Part shown: one piece after another, positions 1 through 13,326 of the stretch
Layout: each line of letters starts with the position of its first letter
Position numbering within the stretch: position 1 is the first letter of the stretch
Assembly: GCA_964016885.1 (NCBI GenBank)
Contig: CAXHJY010000105.1
Location: forward strand, 310,001 to 374,000
Direction of reading: 5' to 3'
Length of the DNA: 64,000 nucleotides
DNA from: Eledone cirrhosa
Taxonomy: Eukaryota
Notes under the pieces: generated by a model
What the model saw: the letters and a program-made list of their open reading frames with translations, nothing else
Told to the model about the DNA's origin: nothing
Databases searched by the model: none
Translations under genes and position numbers: made by a program

Positions 1-3000
1 GCAATGTGTGTGAGAGAGAATGTGTGTATGTAAGAGAGAGAGGCAATGTGTGTCAGAGAGATAGTGTGTATGTAAGAGAGGGAGGCAATGTGTGTGAGAG
101 AGAATGTGTGTATGTAAGAGAGGGAGGCAATGTGTGTGAGAGAGATAGTGTGTATGTAAGAGGGAGGCAATGTGTGTGAGAGAGAATGTGTGTATGTAAG
201 AGAGGGAGGGGAAATGTGTGTGAGAGAGAATGTGTGTATGTAAGAGAGGGAGGCAATGTGTGTGTGAGAGAATGTGTGTATGTAAGAGAGAGGGGCAATG
301 TGTGTGAGAGAGGTAGGCAATGTGTGTGTGAGAGAATGTGTGTATGTAAGAGAGAGGGGCAATGTGTGTGAGAGAGGGAGGCAATGTGTGTGAGAGATAA
401 TGTGTGTATGTAAGAGAGGGAGGCAATGTGTGTGAGAGAGAATGTGTGTATGTAAGAGAGGGAGGCAATGTGTGTGAGAGAGTATGTGTGTATGTAAGAG
501 AGAGAGGCAATGTGTGTGAGAGAGATAGTGTGTATGTAAGAGAGGGAGGCAATGTGTGTGAGAGAGAATGTGTGTATGTAAGAGAGGGAGGCAATGTGTG
601 TGAGAGAGAATGTGTGTATGTAAGAGAGGGAGGCAATGTGTGTGAGAGAGAATGTGTGTATGTAAGAGAGAGAGGCAATGTGTGTGAGAGAGATAGTGTG
701 TATGTAAGAGAGGGAGGCAATGTGTGTGAGAGAGAATGTGTGTATGTAAGAGAGGGAGGCAATGTGTGTGAGAGAGATAGTGTGTATGTAAGAGGGAGGC
801 AATGTGTGTGAGAGAGAATGTGTGTATGTAAGAGAGGGAGGCAATGTGTGTGTGAGAGAATGTGTGTATGTAAGAGAGAGGGGCAATGTGTGTGAGAGAG
901 GTAGGCAATGTGTGTGTGAGAGAATGTGTGTATGTAAGAGAGAGGGGCAATGTGTGTGAGAGAGGGAGGCAATGTGTGTGAGAGATAATGTGTGTATGTA
1001 AGAGAGGGAGTCAATGTGTGTGTGAGAGAATGTGTGTATGTAAGAGAGGGAGGCAATGTGTGTGAGAGAGAATGTGTGTATGTAAGAGAGGGAGGCAATG
1101 TGTGTGAGAGAGAATGTGTGTATGTAAGAGAGAGAGGCAATGTGTGTGAGAGAGAATGTGTGTATGTAAGAGAGGGAGGCAATGTGTGTGAGAGAGAATG
1201 TGTGTATGTAAGAGGGAGGCAATGTGTGTGAGAGAGAATGTGTGTATGTAAGTGAGGGAGGCAATGTGTGTGAGAGAGAATGTGTGTATGTAAGAGAGGG
1301 AGGCAATGTGTGTGAGAGAGAATGTGTGTATGTAAGAGAGAGAGGCAATGTGTGTGAGAGAGATAGTGTGTATGTAAGAGAGGGAGGCAATGTGTGTGAG
1401 AGAGAATGTGTGTATGTAAGAGAGGGAGGCAATGTGTGTGAGAGAGATAGTGTGTATGTAAGAGGGAGGCAATGTGTGTGAGAGAGAATGTGTGTATGTA
1501 AGAGAGGGAGGGGAAATGTGTGTGAGAGATAATGTGTGTATGGAAGAGAGGGAGGCAATGTGTGTGAGAGAGAATGTGTGTATGTAAGAGAGGGAGGCAA
1601 TGTGTGTGAGAGAGAATGTGTGTATGTAAGAGAGGGAGGCAATGTGTGTGTGAGAGAATGTGTGTATGTAAGAGAGAGAGGGGAAATGTGTGTAAGAGAG
1701 GGAGGCAATGTGTGTGTGAGAGAATGTGTGTATGTAAGAGAGAGGGGCAATGTGTGTGAGAGAGGTAGGCAATGTGTGTGTGAGAGAATGTGTGTATGTA
1801 AGAGAGAGGGGCAATGTGTGTGAGAGAGGGAGGCAATGTGTGTGAGAGATAATGTGTGTATGTAAGAGAGGGAGTCAATGTGTGTGTGAGAGAATGTGTG
1901 TATGTAAGAGAGGGAGGCAATGTGTGTGAGAGAGAATGTGTGTATGTAAGAGAGGGAGGCAATGTGTGTGAGAGAGAATGTGTGTATGTAAGAGAGAGAG
2001 GCAATGTGTGTGAGAGAGAATGTGTGTATGTAAGAGAGGGAGGCAATGTGTGTGAGAGAGAATGTGTGTATGTAAGAGGGAGGCAATGTGTGTGAGAGAG
2101 AATGTGTGTATGTAAGAGAGGGAGGCAATGTGTGTGAGAGAGAATGTGTGTATGTAAGAGAGGGAGGCAATGTGTGTGAGAGAGAATGTGTGTATGTAAG
2201 AGAGAGAGGCAATGTGTGTGAGAGAGATAGTGTGTATGTAAGAGAGGGAGGCAATGTGTGTGAGAGAGAATGTGTGTATGTAAGAGATGGAGGCAATGTG
2301 TGTGAGAGAGATAGTGTGTATGTAAGAGGGAGGCAATGTGTGTGAGAGAGAATGTGTGTATGTAAGAGAGGGAGGGGAAATGTGTGTGAGAGATAATGTG
2401 TGTATGTAAGAGAGGGAGGCAATGTGTGTGAGAGAGAATGTGTGTATGTATGAGAGAGGGGCAATGTGTGTGAGAGAGCGAGGCAATGTGTGTGTGAGAG
2501 AATGTGTGTATGTAAGAGAGAGGGGCAATGTGTGTGAGAGAGGGAGGCAATGTGTGTGAGAGATAATGTGTGTATGTAAGAGAGGGAGGCAATGTGTGTG
2601 TGAGAGAATGTGTGTATGTAAGAGAGGGAGGCAATGTGTGTGAGAGATAATGTGTGTATGTAAGAGAGGGAGGCAATGTGTGTGAGAGATAATGTGTGTA
2701 TGTAAGAGAGGGAGGCAATGTGTGTGAGAGATAATGTGTGTATGTAAGAGAGGGAGGCAATGTGTGTGAGAGAGATAGTGTGTATGTAAGAGAGAGAGGG
2801 GAAATGTGTGTGAGAGAGAATGTGTGTATGTAAGAGAGAGAGGCAATGTGTGTGAGAGAGAATGTGTGTATGTAAGAGAGAGGGGCAATGTGTGTGGGAG
2901 AGAATGTGTGTATGTAAGAGAGAGAGGCAATGTGTGTGAGAGAGAATGTGTGTATGTAAGAGAGGGAGGCAATGTGTGTGAGAGAGAATGTGTGTATGTA

Positions 3001-6000
3001 AGAGAGAGAGGCAATGTGTGTGAGAGAGAATGTGTGTATGTAAGAGAGAGAAGCAATGTGTGTGAGAGAGAATGTGTGTATGTAAGAGAGAGAGGCAATG
3101 TGTGTGAGAGAGAATGTGTGTATGTAAGAGGGAGGCAATGTGTGTGAGAGAGAATGTGTGTATGTAAGAGAGGGAGGCAATGTGTGTGAGAGAGAATGTG
3201 TGTATGTAAGAGAGGGAGGCAATGTGTGTGAGAGAGAATGTGTGTATGTAAGAGAGAGAGGCAATGTGTGTGAGAGAGATAGTGTGTATGTAAGAGAGGG
3301 AGGCAATGTGTGTGAGAGAGAATGTGTGTATGTAAGAGAGGGAGGCAATGTGTGTGAGAGAGAATGTGTGTATGTAAGAGAGGGAGGCAATGTGTGTGAG
3401 AGAGAATGTGTGTATGTAAGAGAGGGAGGCAATGTGTGTGTGAGAGAATGTGTGTATGTAAGAGAGAGAGGCAATGTGTGTGAGAGAGAATGTGTGTATG
3501 TAAGAGAGGAAGGCAATGTGTGTGAGAGAGATAGTGTGTGTGTAAGAGAGGGAGGCAATGTGTGTGAGAGAGAATGTGTGTATGTAAGAGAGGGAGGCAA
3601 TGTGTGTGAGAGAGAATGTGTGTATGTAAGAGAGGGAGGCAATGTGTGTGAGAGAGAATGTGTGTATGTAAGAGAGGGAGGCAATGTGTGTGAGAGAGAA
3701 TGTGTGTATGTAAGAGAGGGAGGCAATGTGTGTGAGAGAGAATGTGTGTATGTAAGAGAGAGAAGCAATGTGTGTGAGAGAGAATGTGTGTATGTAAGAG
3801 AGGGAGGCAATGTGTGTGAGAGAGAATGTGTGTATGTAAGAGGGAGGCAATGTGTGTGAGAGAGAATGTGTGTATGTAAGAGAGGGAGGCAATGTGTGTG
3901 AGAGAGAATGTGTGTATGTAAGAGAGGGAGGCAATGTGTGTGAGAGAGAATGTGTGTATGTAAGAGAGAGAGGCAATGTGTGTGAGAGAGATAGTGTGTA
4001 TGTAAGAGAGGGAGGCAATGTGTGTGAGAGAGAATGTGTGTATGTAAGAGAGGGAGGCAATGTGTGTGAGAGAGAATGTGTGTATGTAAGAGAGGGAGGC
4101 AATGTGTGTGAGAGAGAATGTGTGTATGTAAGAGAGGGAGGCAATGTGTGTGTGAGAGAATGTGTGTATGTAAGAGAGAGAGGCAATGTGTGTGAGAGAG
4201 AATGTGTGTATGTAAGAGAGGGAGGCAATGTGTGTGAGAGAGATAGTGTGTGTGTAAGAGAGGGAGGCAATGTGTGTGAGAGAGAATGTGTGTATGTAAG
4301 AGAGGGAGGCAATGTGTGTGAGAGAGAATGTGTGTATGTAAGAGAGGGAGGCAATGTGTGTGAGAGAGAATGTGTGTATGTAAGAGAGGGAGGCAATGTG
4401 TGTGAGAGAGAATGTGTGTATGTAAGAGAGAGAGGCAATGTGTGTGAGAGAGATAGTGTGTATGTAAGAGAGGGAGGCAATGTGTGTGAGAGAGAATGTG
4501 TGTATGTAAGAGAGGGAGGCAATGTGTGTGAGAGAGAATGTGTGTATGTAAGAGAGAGAGGCAATGTGTGTGAGAGAGAATGTGTGTATGTAAGAGAGGG
4601 AGGCAATGTGTGTGAGAGAGAATGTGTGTATGTAAGAGGGAGGCAATGTGTGTGAGAGAGAATGTGTGTATGTAAGAGAGGGAGGCAATGGGTGTGAGAG
4701 AGAATGTGTGTATGTAAGAGAGGGAGGCAATGTGTGTGAGAGAGAATGTGTGTATGTAAGAGAGAGAGGCCATGTGTGTGAGAGAGATAGTGTGTATGTA
4801 AGAGAGGGAGGCAATGTGTGTGAGAGAGAATGTGTGTATGTAAGAGAGGGAGGCAATGTGTGTGAGAGAGATAGTGTGTATGTAAGAGAGAGAGGCAATG
4901 TGTGTGAGAGAGAATGTGTGTATGTAAGAGAGGGAGGCAATGTGTGTGAGAGAGATAGTGTGTATGTAAGAGAGAGAGGCCATGTGTGTGAGAGAGATAG
5001 TGTGTATGTAAGAGAGGGAGGCAATGTGTGTGAGAGAGAATGTGTGTATGTAAGAGAGGGAGGCAATGTGTGTGAGAGAGATAGTGTGTATGTAAGAGGG
5101 AGGCAATGTGTGTGAGAGAGAATGTGTGTATGTAAGAGAGGGAGGGGAAATGTGTGTGAGAGATAATGTGTGTATGTAAGAGAGGGAGGCAATGTGTGTG
5201 AGAGAGAATGTGTTTATGTAAGAGAGGGATGCAATGTGTGTGAGAGAGAATGTGTGTATGTAAGAGAGGGAGGCAATGTGTGTGTGAGAGAATGCGTGTA
5301 TGTAAGAGAGAGAGGGGAAATGTGTGTAAGAGAGGGAGGCAATGTGTGTGTGAGAGAATGTGTGTATGTAAGAGAGAGGGGCAATGTGTGTGAGAGAGGT
5401 AGGCAATGTGTGTGTGAGAGAATGTGTGTATGTAAGAGAGTGGGGCAATGTGTGTGAGAGAGGTAGGCAATGTGTGTGTGAGAGAATGTGTGTATGTAAG
5501 AGAGAGGGGCAATGTGTGTGAGAGAGGGAGGCAATGTGTGTGAGAGATAATGTGTGTATGTAAGAGAGGGAGGCAATGTGTGTGAGAGAGAATGTTGTAT
5601 GTAAGAGAGGGAGGCAATGTGTGTGAGAGAGAATGTGTGTATGTAAGAGAGAGAGGCAATGTGTGTGAGAGAGATAGTGTGTATGTAAGAGAGGGAGGCA
5701 ATGTGTGTGAGAGAGAATGTGTGTATGTAAGAGAGGGAGGCAATGTGTGTGAGAGAGAATGTGTGTATGTAAGAGAGAGAGGCAATGTGTGTGAGAGAGA
5801 ATGTGTGTATGTAAGAGAGGGAGGCAATGTGTGTGAGATAGAATGTGTGTATGTAAGAGGGAGGCAATGTGTGTGAGAGAGAATGTGTGTATGTAAGAGA
5901 GGGAGGCAATGTGTGTGAGAGAGAATGTGTGTATGTAAGAGAGGGAGGCAATGTGTGTGAGAGAGAATGTGTGTATGTAAGAGAGAGAGGCAATGTGTGT

Positions 6001-9000
6001 GAGAGAGATAGTGTGTATGTAAGAGAGGGAGGCAATGTGTGTGAGAGAGAATGTGTGTATGTAAGAGAGGGAGGCAATGTGTGTGAGAGTGATAGTGTGT
6101 ATGTAAGAGGGAGGCAATGTGTGTGAGAGAGAATGTGTGTATGTAAGAGAGGGAGGGGAAATGTGTGTGAGAGATAATGTGTGTATGTAAGAGAGAGAGG
6201 CAATGTGTGTGAGAGAGATAGTGTGTATGTAAGAGAGGGAGGCAATGTGTGTGAGAGAGAATGTGTGTATGTAAGAGAGGGAGGCAATGTGTGTGAGAGA
6301 GATAGTGTGTATGTAAGAGGGAGGCAATGTGTGTGAGAGAGAATGTGTGTATGTAAGAGAGGGAGGGGAAATGTGTGTGAGAGATAATGTGTGTATGTAA
6401 GAGAGGGAGGCAATGTGTGTGAGAGAGAATGTGTTTATGTAAGAGAGGGAGGCAATGTGTGTGAGAGAGAATGTGTGTATGTAAGAGAGGGAGGCAATGT
6501 GTGTGTGAGAGAATGTGTGTATGTAAGAGAGAGAGGGGAAATGTGTGTAAGAGAGGGAGGCAATGTGTGTGTGAGAGAATGTGTGTATGTAAGAGAGAGG
6601 GGCAATGTGTGTGAGAGAGGTAGGCAATGTGTGTGTGAGAGAATGTGTGTATGTAAGAGAGAGGGGCAATGTGTGTGAGAGAGGGAGGCAATGTGTGTGA
6701 GAGATAATGTGTGTATGTAAGAGAGGGAGGCAATGTGTGTGAGAGAGAATGTGTGTATGTAAGAGAGGGAGGCAATGTGTGTGAGAGTGTATGTGTGTAT
6801 GTAAGAGAGAGAGGCAATGTGTGTGAGAGAGATAGTGTGTATGTAAGAGAGGGAGGCAATGTGTGTGAGAGAGAATGTGTGTATGTAAGAGAGGGAGGCA
6901 ATGTGTGTGAGAGAGAATGTGTGTATGTAAGAGAGAGAGGCAATGTGTGTGAGAGAGAATGTGTGTATGTAAGAGAGGGAGGCAATGTGTGTGAGAGAGA
7001 ATGTGTGTATGTAAGAGGGAGGCAATGTGTGTGAGAGAGAATGTGTGTATGTAAGAGAGGGAGGCAATGTGTGTGAGAGAGAATGTGTGTATGTAAGAGA
7101 GGGAGGCAATGTGTGTGAGAGAGAATGTGTGTATGTAAGAGAGAGAGGCAATGTGTGTGAGAGAGATAGTGTGTATGTAAGAGAGGGAGGCAATGTGTGT
7201 GAGAGAGAATGTGTGTATGTAAGAGAGGGAGGCAATGTGTGTGAGAGAGATAGTGTGTATGTAAGAGGGAGGCAATGTGTGTGAGAGAGAATGTGTGTAT
7301 GTAAGAGAGGGAGGCAATGTGTGTGTGAGAGAATGTGTGTATGTAAGAGAGAGGGGCAATGTGTGTGAGAGAGGTAGGCAATGTGTGTGTGAGAGAATGT
7401 GTGTATGTAAGAGAGAGGGGCAATGTGTGTGAGAGAGGGAGGCAATGTGTGTGAGAGATAATGTGTGTATGTAAGAGAGGGAGTCAATGTGTGTGTGAGA
7501 GAATGTGTGTATGTAAGAGAGGGAGGCAATGTGTGTGAGAGAGAATGTGTGTATGTAAGAGAGGGAGGCAATGTGTGTGAGAGAGAATGTGTGTATGTAA
7601 GAGAGAGAGGCAATGTGTGTGAGAGAGAATGTGTGTATGTAAGAGAGGGAGGCAATGTGTGTGAGAGAGAATGTGTGTATGTAAGAGGGAGGCAATGTGT
7701 GTGAGAGAGAATGTGTGTATGTAAGAGAGGGAGGCAATGTGTGTGAGAGAGAATGTGTGTATGTAAGAGAGGGAGGCAATGTGTGTGAGAGAGAATGTGT
7801 GTATGTAAGAGAGAGAGGCAATGTGTGTGAGAGAGATAGTGTGTATGTAAGAGAGGGAGGCAATGTGTGTGAGAGAGAATGTGTGTATGTAAGAGAGGGA
7901 GGCAATGTGTGTGAGAGAGATAGTGTGTATGTAAGAGGGAGGCAATGTGTGTGAGAGAGAATGTGTGTATGTAAGAGAGGGAGGGGAAATGTGTGTGAGA
8001 GATAATGTGTGTATGTAAGAGAGGGAGGCAATGTGTGTGAGAGAGAATGTGTGTATGTATGAGAGAGGGGCAATGTGTGTGAGAGAGCGAGGCAATGTGT
8101 GTGTGAGAGAATGTGTGTATGTAAGAGAGAGGGGCAATGTGTGTGAGAGAGGGAGGCAATGTGTGTGAGAGATAATGTGTGTATGTAAGAGAGGGAGGCA
8201 ATGTGTGTGTGAGAGAATGTGTGTATGTAAGAGAGGGAGGCAATGTGTGTGAGAGAGAATGTGTGTATGTAAGAGAGGGAGGCAATGTGTGTGAGAGATA
8301 ATGTGTGTATGTAAGAGAGGGAGGCAATGTGTGTGAGAGATAATGTGTGTATGTAAGAGAGGGAGGCAATGTGTGTGAGAGAGATAGTGTGTATGTAAGA
8401 GAGAGAGGCAATGTGTGTGAGAGAGAATGTGTGTATGTAAGAGAGAGGGGCAATGTGTGTGGGAGAGAATGTGTGTATGTAAGAGAGAGAGGCAATGTGT
8501 GTGAGAGAGAATGTGTGTATGTAAGAGAGGGAGGCAATGTGTGTGAGAGAGAATGTGTGTATGTAAGAGAGAGAGGCAATGTGTGTGAGAGAGAATGTGT
8601 GTATGTAAGAGAGAGAAGCAATGTGTGTGAGAGAGAATGTGTGTATGTAAGAGAGAGAGGCAATGTGTGTGAGAGAGAATGTGTGTATGTAAGAGAGGGA
8701 GGCAATGTGTGTGAGAGAGAATGTGTGTATGTAAGAGGGAGGCAATGTGTGTGAGAGAGAATGTGTGTATGTAAGAGAGGGAGGCAATGTGTGTGAGAGA
8801 GAATGTGTGTATGTAAGAGAGGGAGGCAATGTGTGTGAGAGAGAATGTGTGTATGTAAGAGAGAGAGGCAATGTGTGTGAGAGAGATAGTGTGTATGTAA
8901 GAGAGGGAGGCAATGTGTGTGAGAGAGAATGTGTGTATGTAAGAGAGGGAGGCAATGTGTGTGAGAGAGAATGTGTGTATGTAAGAGAGGGAGGCAATGT

Positions 9001-12000
9001 GTGTGAGAGAGAATGTGTGTATGTAAGAGAGGGAGGCAATGTGTGTGTGAGAGAATGTGTGTATGTAAGAGAGAGAGGCAATGTGTGTGAGAGAGAATGT
9101 GTGTATGTAAGAGAGGGAGGCAATGTGTGTGAGAGAGATAGTGTGTGTGTAAGAGAGGGAGGCAATGTGTGTGAGAGAGAATGTGTGTATGTAAGAGAGG
9201 GAGGCAATGTGTGTGAGAGAGAATGTGTGTATGTAAGAGAGGGAGGCAATGTGTGTGAGAGAGAATGTGTGTATGTAAGAGAGAGAGGCAATGTGTGTGA
9301 GAGAGATAGTGTGTATGTAAGAGAGGGAGGCAATGTGTGTGAGAGAGAATGTGTGTATGTAAGAGAGGGAGGCAACGTGTGTGAGAGAGAATGTGTGTAT
9401 GTAAGAGAGAGAGGCAATGTGTGTGAGAGAGAATGTGTGTATGTAAGAGAGGGAGGCAATGTGTGTGAGAGAGAATGTGTGTATGTAAGAGGGAGGCAAT
9501 GTGTGTGAGAGAGAATGTGTGTATGTAAGAGAGGGAGGCAATGTGTGTGAGAGAGAATGTGTGTATGTAAGAGAGGGAGGCAATGTGTGTGAGAGAGAAT
9601 GTGTGTATGTAAGAGAGAGAGGCCATGTGTGTGAGAGAGATAGTGTGTATGTAAGAGAGGGAGGCAATGTGTGTGAGAGAGAATGTGTGTATGTAAGAGA
9701 GGGAGGCAATGTGTGTGAGAGAGATAGTGTGTATGTAAGAGGGAGGCAATGTGTGTGAGAGAGAATGTGTGTATGTAAGAGAGGGAGGGGAAATGTGTGT
9801 GAGAGATAATGTGTGTATGTAAGAGAGGGAGGCAATGTGTGTGAGAGAGAATGTGTTTATGTAAGAGAGGGATGCAATGTGTGTGAGAGAGAATGTGTGT
9901 ATGTAAGAGAGGGAGGCAATGTGTGTGTGAGAGAATGTGTGTATGTAAGAGAGAGAGGGGAAATGTGTGTAAGAGAGGGAGGCAATGTGTGTGTGAGAGA
10001 ATGTGTGTATGTAAGAGAGAGGGGCAATGTGTGTGAGAGAGGTAGGCAATGTGTGTGTGAGAGAATGTGTGTATGTAAGAGAGAGGGGCAATGTGTGTGA
10101 GAGAGGTAGGCAATGTGTGTGTGAGAGAATGTGTGTATGTAAGAGAGAGGGGCAATGTGTGTGAGAGAGGGAGGCAATGTGTGTGAGAGATAATGTGTGT
10201 ATGTAAGAGAGGGAGGCAATGTGTGTGAGAGAGAATGTTGTATGTAAGAGAGGGAGGCAATGTGTGTGAGAGAGAATGTGTGTATGTAAGAGAGAGAGGC
10301 AATGTGTGTGAGAGAGATAGTGTGTATGTAAGAGAGGGAGGCAATGTGTGTGAGAGAGAATGTGTGTATGTAAGAGAGGGAGGCAATGTGTGTGAGAGAG
10401 AATGTGTGTATGTAAGAGAGAGAGGCAATGTGTGTGAGAGAGAATGTGTGTATGTAAGAGAGGGAGGCAATGTGTGTGAGAGAGAATGTGTGTATGTAAG
10501 AGGGAGGCAATGTGTGTGAGAGAGAATGTGTGTATGTAAGAGGGAGGCAATGTGTGTGAGAGAGAATGTGTGTATGTAAGAGAGGGAGGGGAAATGTGTG
10601 TGAGAGATAATGTGTGTATGTAAGAGAGGGAGGCAATGTGTGTGAGAGAGAATGTGTGTATGTAAGAGAGGGAGGCAATGTGTGTGAGAGAGAATGTGTG
10701 TATGTAAGAGAGGGAGGCAATGTGTGTGAGAGAGATAGTGTGTATGTAAGAGAGGGAGGCAATGTGTGTGAGAGAGAATGTGTGTATGTAAGAGAGGGAG
10801 GCAATGTGTGTGAGAGAGAATGTGTGTATGTAAGAGAGGGAGGCAATGTGTGTGAGAGAGAATGTGTGTATGTAAGAGAGAGAGGCAATGTGTGTGTGAG
10901 AGAATGTGTGTATGTAAGAGAGGGAGGCAATGTGTGTGAGAGAGAATGTGTGTATGTAAGAGAGGGAGGCAATGTGTGTGAGAGAGAATGTGTGTATGTA
11001 AGAGAGGGAGGCAATGTGTGTGAGAGTGATAGTGTGTATGTAAGAGGGAGGCAATGTGTGTGAGAGAGAATGTGTGTATGTAAGAGAGGGAGGGGAAATG
11101 TGTGTGAGAGATAATGTGTGTATGTAAGAGAGGGAGGCAATGTGTGTGAGAGAGAATGTGTGTATGTAAGAGAGGGAGGCAATGTGTGTGAGAGAGAATG
11201 TGTGTATGTAAGAGAGGGAGGCAATGTGTGTGTGAGAGAATGTGTGTATGTAAGAGAGAGAGGGGAAATGTGTGTAAGAGAGGGAGGCAATGTGTGTGTG
11301 AGAGAATGTGTGTATGTAAGAGAGGGAGGCAATGTGTGTGAGAGAGAATGTGTGTATGTAAGAGAGGGAGGCAATGTGTGTGAGAGAGAATGTGTGTATG
11401 TAAGAGAGGGAGGCAATGTGTGTGAGAGAGAATGTGTGTATGTAAGAGAGAGAGGCAATGTGTGTGAGAGAGATAGTGTGTATGTAAGAGAGGGAGGCAA
11501 TGTGTGTGAGAGAGAATGTGTGTATGTAAGAGAGGGAGGCAATGTGTGTGAGAGTGATAGTGTGTATGTAAGAGGGAGGCAATGTGTGTGAGAGAGAATG
11601 TGTGTATGTAAGAGAGGGAGGGGAAATGTGTGTGAGAGATAATGTGTGTATGTAAGAGAGGGAGGCAATGTGTGTGAGAGAGAATGTGTGTATGTAAGAG
11701 AGGGAGGCAATGTGTGTGAGAGAGAATGTGTGTATGTAAGAGAGGGAGGCAATGTGTGTGTGAGAGAATGTGTGTATGTAAGAGAGAGAGGGGAAATGTG
11801 TGTAAGAGAGGGAGGCAATGTGTGTGTGAGAGAATGTGTGTATGTAAGAGAGGGAGGCAATGTGTGTGAGAGAGAATGTGTGTATGTAAGAGAGGGAGGC
11901 AATGTGTGTGAGAGAGAATGTGTGTATGTAAGAGAGGGAGGCAATGTGTGTGAGAGATAATGTGTGTATGTAAGAGAGGGAGGCAATGTGTGTGAGAGAG

Positions 12001-13297
12001 ATAGTGTGTATGTAAGAGAGGGAGGCAATGTGTGTGTGAGAGAATGTGTGTATGTAAGAGAGGGAGGCAATGTGTGTGAGAGAGAATGTGTGTATGTAAG
12101 AGAGGGAGGCAATGTGTGTGAGAGAGAATGTGTGTATGTAAGAGAGGGAGGCAATGTGTGTGAGAGAGAATGTGTGTATGTAAGAGAGGGAGGCAATGTG
12201 TGTGAGAGAGAATGTGTGTATGTAAGAGAGGGAGGCAATGTGTGTGAGAGAGAATGTGTGTATGTAAGAGAGGGAGGCAATGTGTGTGAGAGAGGGAGGC
12301 AATGTGTGTGTGAGAGAATGTGTGTATGTAAGAGAGAGAGGGGAAATGTGTGTAAGAGAGGGAGGCAATGTGTGTGTGAGAGAATGTGTGTATGTAAGAG
12401 AGAGGGGCAATGTGTGTGAGAGAGGGAGGCAATGTGTGTGTGAGAGAATGTGTGTATGTAAGAGAGAGGGGCAATGTGTGTGAGAGAGGGAGGCAATGTG
12501 TGTGAGAGATAATGTGTGTATGTAAGAGAGAGGGGCAATGTGTGTGAGAGAGGGGAAATGTGTGTGAGAGATAATGTGTGTATGTAAGAGAGAGAGAGGA
12601 AATGTGTGTGAGAGAGAATGTGTGTATGTAAGAGAGAGAGGAGAAATGTGTGTGAGAGAGAATGTGTGTATGTAAGAGAGAGAGGAGAAATGTGTGTGAG
12701 AGAGAATGTGTGTATGTAAGAGAGAGAGGCAATGTGTGTGAGAGAGAATGTGTGTATGTAAGAGAGGGAGGCAATGTGTGTGTGAGAGAATGTGTGTATG
12801 TAAGAGAGGGAGGCAATGTGTGTGAGAGAGAATGTGTGTATGTAAGAGAGGGAGGCAATGTGTGTGAGAGAGAATGTGTGTATGTAAGAGAGGGAGGCAA
12901 TGTGTGTGAGAGATAATGTGTGTATGTAAGAGAGGGAGGCAATGTGTGTGAGGTATAATGTGTGTATGTAAGAGAGGGAGGCAATGTGTGTGTGAGAGAA
13001 TGTGTGTATGTAAGAGAGGGAGGCAATGTGTGTGAGAGAGAATGTGTGTATGTAAGAGAGGGAGGCAATGTGTGTGAGAGAGATAGTGTGTATGTAAGAG
13101 AGGGAGGCAATGTGTGTGAGAGAGAATGTGTGTATGTAAGAGAGGGAGGTAATGTGTGTGAGAGAGAATGTGTGTATGTAAGAGAGGGAGGCAATGTGTG
13201 TGAGAGAGAATGTGTGTATGTAAGAGAGGGAGGCAATGTGTGTGAGAGAGAATGTGTGTATGTAAGAGAGGGAGGCAATGTGTGTGAGAGAGATAGT
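1..13297. repeat. 42-bp minisatellite, consensus GCAATGTGTGTGAGAGAGAATGTGTGTATGTAAGAGAGGGAG, roughly 320 units; extends past the left edge; probably intronic in the 3-beta-HSD gene
   Basis: Directly visible 42-bp period (14-aa period ECVYVREGGNVCER in the ORF track), with 40-bp and 22-bp deletion variants. Ends abruptly at ...AGAGATAGT (13297), just before a branch point and pyrimidine tract. Confidence 0.98.
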
Positions 13298-13303
13298 ATC
13301 CCA

Positions 13304-13326
13304 GACTAACTCCTCTTTTCCTCCAG
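13304..13326 (+). other. Branch point (GACTAAC), polypyrimidine tract and 3' splice acceptor
   Basis: GACTAAC TCCTCTTTTCCTCCAG|GT: a near-consensus CTAAC branch site at 13306-13310 followed by a pure pyrimidine tract and CAG at 13324-13326. Confidence 0.85.
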
